A DNA stretch of 64,000 bases from Squalus acanthias (lineage: Eukaryota), in assembly GCA_030390025.1 (NCBI GenBank), contig JASTWF010000366.1, positions 62,001-126,000 on the forward strand, given 5' to 3'. This document shows positions 1-13,049 of this stretch, one piece after another (position 1 is the stretch's first letter; each line of letters begins with the position of its first letter). The translations under genes were made by a program, and so were the position numbers. The notes under the pieces were generated by a model. The model did not search any database. It was given only the letters and a program-made list of their open reading frames with translations, and was not told the DNA's origin.

Positions 1-1144
1 AGTGTAAGAGGCCGAGGACGGTGAGGTCAGAGTGGGAGTGGAGCGGAGAATTAAAGTGACAGGCGATCGGAAGCTCGGAGTCACCCTTACGGACTGAACG
101 GAGGTGTTCCGCAATGCGGTTACCCAATCTGCGTTTGGTCTCCCCAATGTAGAGGAGACCGCATCGTGGGCAGTGAATACAGTATACTAAATTGCAAGAA
201 GTACAAGTAAATTGTTGTTTCACCTAGAAGGAGTGTTTGGGGCCCTGGACAGTGGAAATGGAGGAGGTAAAAGGGCAGGTGTTGCATCTCCTGCGCTTGC
301 ACGAGAAGGTGCCGGACGAAGGGGAAGGGGTGTTGGGGGTGATAGAGGAGTGGACCAGGGTGTCGCGGAGGGAGCGGTCCCTTCGGAATGCTGAAAGGGG
401 ACGTGAGGGGAAGATGTGTTTGGTGGTGGGATCATGCTGGAGGTGTCGGAAATGGCGGAGGATGATCCGCTGAATGTGGAGGCTGGTGGGGTGAAAGGGA
501 CAAGGGGAACCCTATCGTGGTTCTGGGAGGGAGGGGAAGGGGTGAGAGCAGAAGTGCGGGAAATAGAACGGACACGGTCAAGGGCCATGTCAACCACGGT
601 AGAGGGGAATCCTCGGTTGAGGAAAAAGGAAGACATGTCGGAAGCACTAGTATGGAAGGTGGCATCATCAGAGCAGATGTGGCGGACACGGAGAAACTGG
701 GAGAATGGAAGAGAGTCCTTACAGGAAGCGGGGTGGGAGGAAGTGTAGTTCAGGTAGCTGTGGGAGTCACTGGGCTTATAGTGAATGTTTGTCAATAGCC
801 TATCCCCAGAGATGGAGACAGAGAAGTCGAGGAAGGGAAGAGAAGAGTCGGAGATGGACCATGTGAAGGTGAGGGAAGGGTGGAAATTGGAAGCACAGAG
901 TATGAAATTTTCTAGTTCAGGGCGAGAGCAGGAAACGGCACCGATACAGTCATCAATGTACCGGATAAAGAGGTGAGGGAGGGGACCTGAGTAGGACTGG
1001 AACAAAGAATGTTCCACATATCCCACGAAAAGGCAGGCATAGCTTGGACCCATGCCAGTTCCCATAGCAACACCTTTAATTTGGAGGAAGTGAGTGGAGT
1101 CAAAGGAGAAATTGTTCAATGTGAGAACAAGTTCAGCCAGGCTG
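1..1144 (-). mobile_element. Penelope-like retroelement (RT + GIY-YIG endonuclease), 5'-truncated, decayed, running off the window edge
   Basis: ORF 220..1155 has PLE RT motifs (NNFSF, QIKGVAMGT.MGPSYA, RYIDD, LPFLD, YKPSD). Manual translation of the minus strand at 1-225 gives VKQQFTCTSCNLVYCIHCPRCGLLYIGETKRRLGNRIAEH (GIY-YIG), preceded by an in-frame TAG and a frameshift. Confidence 0.93.
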
Positions 1145-2179
1145 ACTTCCTCCAAATTAAAAGTGTTGATTGTGATGGAGAGAGAGAGAGAGATATTGGA
1201 GGCAAGAAGTGAGCGAAGGATGATCTATCAGACAGCAAGCTTTTCCTTGTATCCCAGGTAGGTGTATGAGAGAGTTGCAGGAACAGCCTCCCAGACATTC
1301 AAATCTTGGATGGATGTGGGTTTTAAAAATACTTCCTCAAGATCAGTCTGATTTGAATTTCTACAAATGTTCAATATAATTTATGAATTGTGATCAGCGT
1401 CATGAGGGAAATAAAAGAAATCATGCAGGCCTCCATGAAGCAATCTATTTGTTGCAATGAAAGTTTCTGTTTTATTTGTTTTTCCAATTTTCTTCACTCC
1501 TATCCTAAAGGGGATACAGCTCCACAATCCTCATGTGTTAGCACTCAGTAGGGTAGATTTTCCAAACAGCTACACCTGATAAACGGGTGTAAATTGGGCA
1601 CAATCTATCAGAAATACAGAGACAGCAATATTTAAATGAGGTCTCAATGATGTCATTTAGACACCAAGCAATTTTTTGGCGTTTGCGCAGGATTAGCATT
1701 GATTTATCCACCCACCCACACAAAAGGGGTATCCAGGGTTGATAAAGGCTGTATTGTATCCAGAAATGTATTTAAAGTGGCATTTAAGAAAATGTATTGC
1801 TGTGTTTTGAGGCTGTTTTTCTGAGTTTTTTGTTTATTTTTAATTTGTCAGTGCTTAGTTGTGTAGGGGGCTTTGTGCCAAGTATTTTGTAGATCTCATT
1901 GCTTTGGAATGTCACAATATTGGTGCGATGGGTTGCTCCATGGGAATTCCTCTTTGCTTTTTTTTTGGAAAAGAGGTCAGGCCTGCGACAGAGGCAGTCT
2001 GCACCCAACTCATGGTACCCGCACCTGGATTTGTCAGAGGAGCTCCGCTTGCAGATGCTCTGAATCACCAGCAAAGCAGTGACAGGATGGTGCCATCTGA
2101 AGCTGGCACACCAGCAACTAACATGCACCATAGATCTGGCACTACCAATGCAAGTAATGACCAGCTGTGCCCTCTAGTA

Positions 2180-2578
2180 AGAAAATAACTTGCATTTATA
2201 TAGTGCCTTTTATGACCTCAGGGCATCCCAAAGCATTTCACAGCCAATGAAGTGCTTTTAAAGTATAGTCACTATTGTAACGGAGGAAAAGGCGGCAGCC
2301 AATTTGCGCACAGCAAGGTACCACAAACAGCAATGAAATAGTCTGTTTTAGTGATGCTGATTTAAGAATAGATATCAGCCAGAACAGCTCCTTGTTCTTC
2401 TTCAAATAGTGCAGTGGCATCTTTTCCATTCATCTGAGAGGGCAGATGGGGACTTAATTTAACATCTCATCCAAAAGACAGCACTTCCAATAGTGCAGCA
2501 CTTCCTCTGAAGTGGGACTGAACCCATGGCCTTCTAATTCAGAAGCAAATATTCTAGCAGTGAGCCACGGCTGACACC
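2180..2578 (-). mobile_element. Deu-domain tRNA SINE (SacSINE1/AmnSINE1-like), degenerate, internally deleted
   Basis: Reverse-complement match to the fuller copy at 28674-29110 (head gtgtcagccgtggctca, GCACTATTTGAAGAAGA core, AAAGGCACTATATAAATGCAAG tail). Confidence 0.8.
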
Positions 2579-3939
2579 TATCTCTGCCTCCGTGCAGGAA
2601 TGCTACCGATGGGAAGGGTACAGTGCAGTGGCAAACAGGAACAGGACTACCTTCTTCCGATTACTTCATACAACACCACTTCCACTTTGCGTGCCATCGA
2701 ACATGGATTTCGAGTGTTGCACTGCCCTATCCTTTGACCAAAGACTTGGATTCCTGCCTCCACATTTATTGTGTCATGTATTGGGATTTTTCAGACATTT
2801 GTGTTACCCAAACAGCCATTGCGTAGGCTGAAATATACATTGAGCATTCCTTTAAGGACTAGACTGCTTACAAGCGATTTCCTGCCTCTCCTATTGGCAA
2901 GCTCCCAATGCCAATGTTATGTAAGTGAGGCTGATTCTACAAAACCAGGCTGGGTCAGCTCAATAATAAGTCAGCTGGGTGTTAATGACACACCGCAGAC
3001 TATTGGAAAAATCTACACTGGCGAGTGTTGGCAGGCTGCTGGAACATGGAGGGCATCACAGGCAAACACGATCCTATCTTCATGTAACATTTTCCAGCAG
3101 GGGTCACTGGACTGCATCAGGAACAAGAACTCTGGCTGACCTTCTCCTCCCCAGCAAATGATAACACTCCAGGCGCTGCCCCAGCTGAGATCAGCTCAAC
3201 TCAGTACAAACGAGCACAAACCAGGAATCATTGGCGTGACTTCCTAGACAGTGTGGCTTAGCGGGACATCCAGCAGTGCTTTTACCCAGCAGCCCTTCGG
3301 GGGAGCTATAAAATAAATTTTAAAGGAAACGTCAGCTTACAGAGGTGGGTGCTCTGTCAATGGATGGGCCGACCTGGTTAACATCACATTTCTTAGCAAA
3401 CGAGCTCTTCATTCTAAGTGCCAGCACCAGTACTTTACCTCCTCATTAACCCAGATCACTACAAGAATGTTTTATCTATGAGGTATTGATTACAAATTAC
3501 TGTACACATCTGTTTTTAATGGATATTACCGGCTAAATCATTATCTTTCAGCATGCATAAATTACCTCAGCTACTAAATAAGTCACAATTCTGGAGAATT
3601 GTTTTTAATCTAACACAAAATCCAGCTTATTCCATTAATAATCATTCACTTCAAATGACAGAATGTTACAGTGTATTTTTATTTAAAGAAGAGCAGGGAA
3701 GCGGGAGAACATTTTGTACAAATTACCTGTCAGTACTGCAAAAAAATTAGATCCAACAAGTCTGCCCTATATAATCACCCACCTCAGATCCCCCCACTCC
3801 AATCCCACCCTGGGCTAAAATTGACCCCATGGTCACCATTGGTCTTCCTTTCTAACTATACCACAAACCTAATAACCTTTGTATTAAAAAGTTTTGTCTG
3901 ATTTGCCTTCTTACTCATAACTTCCTAATGTTAACAATA

Positions 3940-4110
3940 TCCCTTGTTATTTGAATTCTTCACCATACTGAACAGTTTGCCAAAGTTGACTTTGTAACTC
4001 CCCTATATAATCTTGAAAACCTGAGTCTGATCACTTTGATGTCTTCTCTCTTGCAGAGAGAACAAGCCCATCAGCCTTAACCTTTCCTCATATTCTAGGT
4101 TGCCGATGCC
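3940..4110 (-). mobile_element. Old CR1 ORF2 fragment
   Basis: Degenerate reverse complement of the YEERL..LGL.SL...R..GDLI..FKI segment seen in the CR1 copies. Confidence 0.5.
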
Positions 4111-4489
4111 CAAAATTGCTTACCTCTGTAATCTCAACTCAAAACTACGTTTGAGACAGTGCAAATCTGTTGCAGCTGCTCCAACCTGTCTTATTATTAT
4201 AAATATAATCCACTTGTATAATTAAATTAATTTCTGTACTGATGATGTGTTGATGGAGATTATTGATGTTCCAATGAACCGTGTTAGTGAGTGGTACATC
4301 AAAGGTAGACTCCTGATCTCAGCTGTACCATCAGAAGAAGTGTCAAGTGCAGGCTTGATACTTCCCCACAGGACAGAAAGCATGGAATAAAAAAAGGTTA
4401 TTTAGTCTATCAAAACTGCATCTTAAACAGAATAGGCTGATATTGTGATTATAGAATTTGATTACTTTACGCTAGATTTTTTCTTTACC

Positions 4490-4830
4490 CATTTTCCTTC
4501 CCTTCTCTCCAGAAGATGCTGACTCATGTGTGGGTATGGCTGCACAGCCAGTTATCACTCTTTGGTACCTCACCCAAGTAATCATTCTTTCTTAAGTACC
4601 CTAGTGAGCATCAATAGGTTATTCAACTGTGGGGGCATCGTATCCCAACCGAATCCTATTCCTCCATCCAGTATTAAACTGACCAGCTGGAGTCAATGGA
4701 TAGTAATCAGAAGCTGGGACCCTGGCTGATTTTTTTCCTTCCTAGTCCAGGGATGCCAATTGTTGTACCCTTACCACCATTTTGGCTGAGATTAAACCTG
4801 GGGCTTTCCAAACATGTAAAATGCAATTGG
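4490..4830 (-). mobile_element. Old tRNA-derived SINE (family 'S', many copies in the window)
   Basis: Shares motifs (tggtacctcacccaag, gggggcatc, ccctggctgattttt) with copies at about 9340, 13050, 20780, 44820, 56680 and 57200. Confidence 0.7.
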
Positions 4831-5054
4831 AGTAGCCAGCATCAGTTCAGGAACTAGCAGCAGCTCTTTCTATAATTCTATGATTCCTATTTCACATAAT
4901 CTCAATGTTTCTACGTCTGTAGAGCTCAATTCCTGGATGTCTTTTTAATGGAATCAAACGCACTGCACAAACAAAGTTCTAGGTCACACTTCCTGGTGTA
5001 TCAGTGAGAAATCCCATGAATATGATATTTATAATTCTTAAATGCATCAGTCGG

Positions 5055-6559
5055 CTTTTCAAGGAAACAGTAACAGGACATTTGGATAATCATAATTTAA
5101 TAGGACAAAGTCAGCATGGTTTTACGAAGGGGAAGTCATGTTTGACAAATTTGCTGGAGTTCTTTGAGGAAGTAACATATAGAGTGGATAAAGGGGAACC
5201 AGTGGACGTAGTGTATTTAGACTTCCAAAAGGCATTTGACAAGGTGCCACACAAAAGATTATTGCTTAAGGTAAAAAATCACGGGATTGGGGGTAATATT
5301 CTGGCATGGATAGAGGATTGGCTATCTAACAGAAAGCAAAGAGTTGGGCTAAATGGTTCATTCTCAGACTGGCAATCAGTAACTAGTGGTGTTCCACAGG
5401 GGTCAGTGCTGGGTCCCCAACTCTTCACAATCTATATTAACGATTTGGAGGAAGGGACCAAGTGTAACATATCAAAATTTGCAGATGATACAAAGATGGG
5501 AGGGAAAGTAGTGAGTGAGGAGGACATAAAAAACCTGCAAGGGGACATAGACAGGCTAAGTAAGTGGGCAGAGATTTGGCAGATGGAATACAACACTGGA
5601 AAGTGTGAGGTGATGCACTTTGGCAGGAAAAATCCTAGAGCAATTTATTATCTTAATGGCAAGAAACTGGAGAGTACTGAAGTGCAAAGGGATCTGGGGG
5701 TCCTGGTGCACGAAACTCAAAAGGTTAGTATGCAGGTGCAGCAAGTGATTAAGAAGGCAAATGGAATGTTGGCTTTCATTGCTAGGGGGATAGAATATAA
5801 AAATAGGGAGGTATTGCTTCAGTTGTACAAGGTATTGGTGAGACCGCACCTGGAATACTGCATACAGTTTTGGTGTCCTTACTTAAGGAAAGACATCCTT
5901 GCTCTCGAGGCAGTGCAAAAAAGGTTCACTCGGTTAATCCCGGGGATGAGGGGGTGGTCATATGAGGAGAGGTTGGGTAGATTGGGACTCTACTCATTGG
6001 AGTTCAGAAGAATGAGAGGCGATCTTATTGAAACATATAAGAATGTGAAGGGGTTGGATCGGGTGGATGCGGGGAGGATGTTCCCGATGACGGGTGAGAC
6101 GAGAACTAGGGGACATAGTCTTAGAATAAGGGGCTGCTCTTTCAAAACTGAGATGAGGAGGAACTACTTCACTCAGAGGGTGGTAGGTCCATGGAATATG
6201 CTGCCACAAAAAGCTGTAGAAGCTACAACATTAATTAAATTTAAAACAGAAATAGACAGTTTCCTAGAAGTAAAGGGCATTAAGGGTTACGGGGAGCGGG
6301 CAGGAATTTGGACATGAGTCTAGGTTCGGATCGGTCATGGCCCTGTGGGTAGTGGAGCGGGCCCAGGGACCGTGTAGCCTGATTCTGCTCCTATTTCGTG
6401 TGTGCAATTCTGTTAGATGCAGGAGATGGTTCTGTGATAGATAGTAGATTGGCGGTTAGGATCAGATCAGCCATGATCTTATTGAATGGCGGAGCAGGCT
6501 CGAGGGGCCGATTGGCCTACTCCTGCTCCTATTTCTTATGTTCTTATGTTCTTATGTTC
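5055..6559 (+). mobile_element. CR1-clade LINE (shark HER1-like), 5'-truncated, young; RT and C-terminus open, 3' UTR, (TTCTTATG)n tail
   Basis: ORF 5004..6317 is uninterrupted: [60 protein letters not shown]. An 8-bp tandem tail typical of CR1 lies at 6533-6559. The first ~17 aa of the listed ORF are flank read-through. Confidence 0.96.
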
Positions 6560-6574
6560 AAGGATATCCAGAGC

Positions 6575-6827
6575 TGGGGTTGCCAACTCTGGTTGGACGT
6601 GTTCCTGGAGGTTCCATCACATGACCTCCCGCCTCCAACCGCCCCGCCCAGTCAAACAGCTTTTTTTCTCATCTGCAATATTTTAAAAATTAGTAAACAA
6701 AAGTGCTCAAACAAAATTTTAAAAACGCACAATTTTTTAATGTCCCTATAATTTTTCTCCCGGGTTGCTCGCAGCAGTGTCCAGGAGATTAATCTTTCAT
6801 TCCTGGAGACTCGAGTTGGCAACTCTA
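6575..6827. mobile_element. Non-autonomous hAT DNA transposon (MITE)
   Basis: TIRs TGGGGTTGCCAACTC / GAGTTGGCAACTCTA. 8-bp TSD tccagagc (6567-6574) / tccggagc (6828-6835) with one CpG-type mismatch. Confidence 0.88.
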
Positions 6828-6861
6828 TCCGGAGCATTGCAGCTGACGTTTGTCTTTTTTA

Positions 6862-7550
6862 AACATTTTTTGGTGAATTTTGTGCTTAAAAAGGTGAAGT
6901 ATGTTACTGCAGGGGACTAGAACACTTTTCCATTTCAGGCACCCCATTTCAGCATTAAGTACTGCTAGATCAGGTATACCAAGGTTAGATGCAGAGCAAG
7001 GTTCCTTCGACACTGCCCCAACAATGTGCCTCAACCCAACTTCAGAAGAGCATCCCCGACTGCAGTAGTATGGCTCTTGTTTCCCATACTGCCACCTTGT
7101 GGTACCTACAGAGAATTACATAAAATATATAGCACAGAAACAGGCCATTCGGCCCAATCAGTCCATGTTGGCATTTATGCTCCACTCGAGTCTCCTCCCA
7201 TCCTTCCTCATCTAACTCTTATCAGCATAACCCTCTATTACCTTCTCCCTCATATGCTTATCTAGCTTCCCCTTAAATGCGTCTATACTATTCGCCTCAA
7301 CTACTCCCTGTGTTAGAAATCAGAGTGAGATTGTCAATTTAGCACCAATTAATGTTGAATTAAGGCCAATTTTGTGCCCACGTTGTGACCCTTGCCTGGT
7401 AGGAATGGGATTGTGAAGTCCAAACTCATTTCATGTAGAACAGCCCGTAAGTAGCAAAGATATTGAACCCATCAGTCTGGACTGGTTTTGAACCTCGAGA
7501 TGAAAGAGCTTTTGTATTTTTTTTGTATATTTGATGGCACAGCAACATGG
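6862..7550 (-). mobile_element. LF-SINE-like SINE interrupted by a CR1 3' end
   Basis: Minus strand has ctttcatctc..ggttcaaaaccagtccagac, gaaatgagtttgg, gggttgaggcacattg and an agcacaaaattcac tail. These resemble the LF-SINE consensus as I recall it. Confidence 0.6.
7110..7315 (-). mobile_element. CR1 3' end (same subfamily as 53070-55712)
   Basis: cacagaaacaggccattcggcccaa...ccccttaaatgc.tctatact matches 53080-53260. Confidence 0.85.
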
Positions 7551-9339
7551 TGCAGCTGGAAATGACTGTAACAAGGACAGGTGTCTCAGGAACTCGACCC
7601 TAGTGTCTGCGGTGGGCATAAAAGGCTTGGAGAAATTGTACTGGATACCAGTGCACGAGTCTCAGATTTTCCATGGTCTAATGCACTCTCCAACTACCCT
7701 ATCTCAGTGATAGTTAATTTAGTATTTGAACTTCTGTGTACAGGGGAGATATCCAGGCACTTACACTTCTTTTATTTATTGAGAAAGCTAAGTGAAGGGC
7801 TAAAACCCATAGTGCATGGCACCGCCAAGGTTAAAAAGTGTAGGAAAGAACATGAGGTAAATAGGAAAATAGTGGTTAGAAGATGGCAAGATTGGATTTT
7901 ATAAATTGTAGCAGGAAATGATAGAATGAAGGATGAAGGAGTGCCACAGTTTTGAGGTCCCAGAAAACAATGAGTTATATTACAACACAGTGCGGTAAGT
8001 CCTGATATCTCCACAGTGAGGATGGAGGAAGGAGAAAGAGTATGTAGGACTGTGTATTTGCAGGTTTGGAAGAACAAAACAGGAGTAACACTGAGTATGT
8101 GGGAGAGAGATTAACAGGCAGGAGAAGCAGTATATGAAGCTTCAATGTTGGTATTCTGCATAGATTTATTTTGGATTCACACAGAATGTTGCTGCAGCAA
8201 CTCTTGAGTTTTTGAAATAAAATAACATCCTTCTAGAAATGATCATCCTTACAGCACAGACTGTGTTTAGTTAATATGTTTGTCTTTGTCTTATTAAACT
8301 AATGAAGAATGTTTAGCAGTGGGAGACTTTGAGAGTAACTCACCGTGAACTGTCCCTAACAGAAGAATCATTCTGGATCAAGCAGTGATCAGTCTTGCAC
8401 TACAGGAGGGGGTAAAGTGAAAAGAACAGGCTGGACAAATGTGTTTTCCATGATACTTAACAGCAGGAGAGTTCTTGATACTAAAGCTCAGCAGTACCAA
8501 AGCATAAACTTTTCCCACTTCTTACATCCCCAGGAATTAATATAAAACAAAATTAATGTTACAGCCTGGTTGGGGCTATAAGAGTAAAATGCTTGTAATT
8601 CATGGTGACAACAGTATTTCACAGTTCCCCTTTACTGCACTCACTATTACCTATTGTTATAACATTTATAAAAGTAATTAATTGGAGAGTCATGTTTTAC
8701 ATCAGAGCTGTGGGATGAACTTATTTCAATAATTCTGTCACAAGATCAATGGAATATACAGGATTCATCTCCCAAACTCAAACTGCTGAACATCTTTGAG
8801 AAATAAACCAGTTAAATATATAACATTTAAATGCATTCAGGCCCTAAATCTGTAAAATATGAACATCGGTGTCACAACCTTTGTGTATATAGATTTCTTT
8901 TTCTTCAAAAGGTCAGAGGTCAATGTCAGAATGCCCCTATGACAGCCATTAACTACACCCAGTGAAGTTACTCCTTATTGATCCGTATTTTCAAAGTATC
9001 TATTATGTCACAGATAAAAGATGGTCGGATCACAACGTTCTAAAACAGATAATTCATAAATGGCGCAAAGGGTCATGCAGTTTTGATATATTGCTGTTTC
9101 ACTTTAAAAACTGGTTAAAAGTCACTGAAAGAGGCTGCAAATGGCTCAATATCACTGGAGTTCCTACTGCTACCGGCATAAGGAAAAACGCAGCTGAAAT
9201 GGTCTGCCTGGCCTTGAGAGCCAACCTGTAAGATCTACATTGCACAGGGATGAACTGCATTATTTCAACCAGAGAGGTAAGGGGAAAGGTTAGAAGATAG
9301 TAATGCTTGCAATCTGTTCTTAGACAAAAGGATTCCACT

Positions 9340-9660
9340 TTCCAGTTTTTCTCTTCCTCTCCTGAAGATGCCGATTTGTGCTGGGGTAATGGTTCCACAG
9401 GCATCTGTTGTCACAGTAAAGCTTAATCCTGTCCTAATCTGACATCCACACTCACATGCTTTCCAGCAGGAATCGCAGGATGGCGATCAGGACTGGGAAT
9501 TCGGGCAGACCTTCTGTTCCCTAGCCCAAGGGGCATTGGGGCCATTTGTAGGGACCCAAGTGCGGCCCCAGTTGGGATTGAACCTGGAACCTTCCTGGTT
9601 TGGGGTTTATCATGGAGTTGTGTTGCTCGCAACTGTCCTTCCAATACAAATGTAACATTT
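9340..9660 (-). mobile_element. Old tRNA SINE family 'S'
   Basis: B-box-like ggttcaatcc preceded by accaggaaggttccag on the minus strand; body shared with the other copies. Confidence 0.7.
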
Positions 9661-10234
9661 ATTCATTTATCTGCCGTATTTCAATGCATATGCCTCTCAA
9701 AGCTGATGAAGGCGCAGAAGCAGAGGCAAGACCCCTTTGAAATGTTCTGTGCAAGAAGGATGTTGGATGTGAGCTGAGAGGGCAGAGCCACCAATAGTGA
9801 ATTAATGAGGAGTGGCCTGCGTGCAACAGCAATCTTACAGTGAGAAGATTACGATGGCACGGAGTGTGTGACATATAGCTGAAGATCAGTACTGTTGTAA
9901 GGTGAAAGGGTGAGTTGCAAATGGAGAACGATCATGTGAAATGCCAAAGTTGAAATATTGGGACTGTATGCAGAAAGACCTGAATGAAATGACAATGACT
10001 AGACAGCGATGTGACTGTGAGGGGCAATGGTGAGGTCATGTGGTGTCTATGACCAACCTTGTGCCATATAACATAATCGCAGAAGGGGCAGTGGCTATTT
10101 GAAAAACCTTCTTAATCCCACAAATGTACCTTATTATCATCCCATTGGTGCTATACAGAGAAGATTGACTCCTCAAAAGGAGAAGAAAAAGCCTCAGTTA
10201 GGAAAAACGTATAAGAGCCACAATAGAAATATTA

Positions 10235-10850
10235 ACTGGTTCCCCAGATGGCCTAAAGGATATGGGTGCCACCCATGTAGTACTAAATGACACAAACCCA
10301 GTTGAGGTTAACTAATTCAGTCTGTTGTGAGTAAGATGAGTTCAGCTGGGACAGCAATTGGGAAGCTACCTTTGGTCTGAGTGTCCCTGTGGTAAAGAGG
10401 GGAAAACCTGCGAGGATTCCTGTTCCTGATCACTATCTCATGGCTCTTGCTGGAAAGTGTGGACATGTGTCCATTGAGCGAGGACAGCACCGGACTCAAA
10501 ATGGATGCCTTCCACGATGAGTCGCCTGCTGGTACTCATTATCTGGGATCACACATGAAATGGCCACCTGGACGATGTACCTGTGGAACTGTCACCTTGC
10601 AAAAGTCACTGATATTAGGACAGGAGGGCGGAAAGGGGGATCAAATTAGAAAAAAAACAATCAAATATGAATTGATTCACCATACAGACAAGGAAGGTCC
10701 CATGTTCAATGCTTGATCTGTGCTGTGTCAGCTGATCTCAGTTGAGGTGGGATTAGGGGTGCAAATAATAATTCTTTGCAGGTTCGAGCTGGGAAGATGT
10801 ATTCCAAGGGGCACTACAATTGATATTGTGTCAAACCAGGAAGGGACTTT
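10235..10850 (+). mobile_element. Old tRNA SINE family 'S' (one full copy plus a partial copy)
   Basis: Shared motifs ctgatcactatc, gctggaaagtg, gaggacag, cacacatgaa, and cagacaaggaaggtcccatgttcaa at ~10685. Confidence 0.65.
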
Positions 10851-11224
10851 GCTGAGTGTACTCTTTGGTGACTCAAGAGACCAATACCCCCAGAAAGTGT
10901 GCCCATAGTGCTGTAAGGGTTCAAATGAATTAACAAGAATTGCATGCCATGGGCGTGATTAAACATCGCGATACGATTGACTGCAATTCAGTCAATGACT
11001 TCAGTAATTTGCATGTGACATTTTTAAAGGGGCATGCGCTTGAAGAAAAAAGCATTGGCAATATTTGCTCAAATTTTCATGTTTAATATTTTCAAAGGAA
11101 ACTTAACATGTAAAAATACTACATGATTCTGTATAATTTTGTAATGCTCGAGGCTGCAAATAGTTTTTCTCCATTTTTTTTTTTAGTTACCCGATGGTTT
11201 AGTGAATAAATCTGGCGAGGTACT

Positions 11225-11560
11225 AAGGGATACAGACTAGCAACATCCCAAGTTTGATCCCTGATCTGTGTTGAATTAACTATCTGAGCTGGGCAGGAGC
11301 AGAGGTGCTACAATTTCCCTCAGTGCTCCCAGGCTCGGCAGGGGAAAAATCAGCCAGGGTTTCCAGCTTCTGATCTCCATCCAGCTGGAAAGTGCGTATA
11401 AGTGGACACTGGGTTAGGAGAGGACCAGGCAAGTGAAGAAATAGCCGCTCCAGTGAGGTAGCTTAGGTTTGGCCAGCGCTGAGGTGAATTGTTGGAATCA
11501 TACCCTGAAATGAGTTAGCACCTTCCGGAGAGATGCAGAGCAATGGGAGGGTGAATTACA
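11225..11560 (+). mobile_element. Old tRNA SINE family 'S'
   Basis: tttgatccctgatctgtgttgaatta, ctacaatt, aaaaatcagccagggtt motifs. Confidence 0.7.
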
Positions 11561-12849
11561 TTTAATAGCTGTTATGCATTCCTGTTTTGAGAGCTGTAAG
11601 AAGAATTCTATGACACAGAGGTTGCCATTAATCTACTCAAAAGCATTGTGTTATTTGTATGATCAGTGGGATAAAACTTTGCAGTGGTGTAATAAATAGT
11701 AACACTGGCATAATACGACGGCACGTGGCTTGCAATTTAACACCTTAATTCTTCTTTTTCAGGTCATGGTTTTTAATCAAATATATTATAATGTTGCATA
11801 GAAACCATGATTTGTGGGTCACTCAGTCAGTATAATCTCTTTGAATAGTTGTTATACAAACTGTTAAAATAAATCTTTAATTTACACGTGTTTTCTGAAA
11901 TCTGTTAACAGCAGGAAGGCCGATAATTGCTAAATGAATGTTTAAGGTGCACAATGCCTAATCAATTATCTTTATTATTTAAAATACAAAAGTATGGAGA
12001 GCTCACCACTCCAGGTTCTGTGCCTGTGCTGAGCTGAATAAGATGTCTAAGGAGCCCAGCTCAAGTCTTCCAAAACCCCCTGTTAGTGTTCTTTCATGCC
12101 AATTAGACACATTTTGCATGGTTATAGTGGCAGTCTCCGTGACTACAAGGGGCTCTGTTAGCTCTATCAGCTTTTAAACTGCAAGAAAGGGACATTCTCT
12201 TAGCAAATAAAGAATAATCAGCATTTGTTGTTTGCCTGGTTTTTTTTACATATTAACCCATATAGGAGCAGGGAGTAATTTAACAAGAAGTCACTAAGTT
12301 TTATGAGAGTGCATTACATTAATAGATCTCTACCTGCTTCCTTCTCCCCCTTTACAACTTAATAGGGCCTATACTCCAGTTAGAACACACACTTTCAAGA
12401 AAGGGGGTTCTATTACGCATTGCAATCAGGAATGGGAGCCCTGGCTGAATTTTCACCTCCCTAGTTTGGGCATGCAGAGGATAGTTGTAGTGCCCCATCT
12501 CGGGTAAGATCAATAGAAACCAAGGATTGAACTTCCTGATCTGCGTAGCTCATTGCTACACTACATGGTACAATTACATATTTTCTCTCTCTCATTCAAG
12601 TGATCATTCCTTTCATTCCTGGAATTCTAATAGTCATTCTACGATCAAATCTAACAGATTCACACTCGCAAATAGTCTTGACTTTGGCTGAAATATATGT
12701 GCTACTTTGCTGTGACGTACCAAACATTCAGTCTTGAAACCACAATGGTATGAACTCTGATTGGCGAAGTTCATGTACAAATGTTTAACGGACTTATACT
12801 ATGTTTCTGTGTGTTAACCCATTTATTTTGAGCAGGCTAATGTCGATGT

Positions 12850-13031
12850 AATTGGGGCCCGATCTGCATATTTAAAGAAGGACCCCGTTGGTTTCTGACT
12901 GGTGTCCTTCCTGACTGCTCAGAAAAGCAGGTTAAAATCGGAACCTGCAGGAAGATAGCGGGACCTCGGCAGTTAAGTCCCCAGGGCGATTTTAACTGCC
13001 TGCCGGGAGGACAGGGTTAAAATCGTCCCTA
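12850..13031. mobile_element. Remnant of a non-autonomous DNA transposon (probably Harbinger-type)
   Basis: GC-rich island with repeated gttaaaatcg / cgattttaac motifs, ending in aaaatcgtccc-ta. Confidence 0.4.
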
Positions 13032-13049
13032 GAAAAGTTGGAAAAGTTT

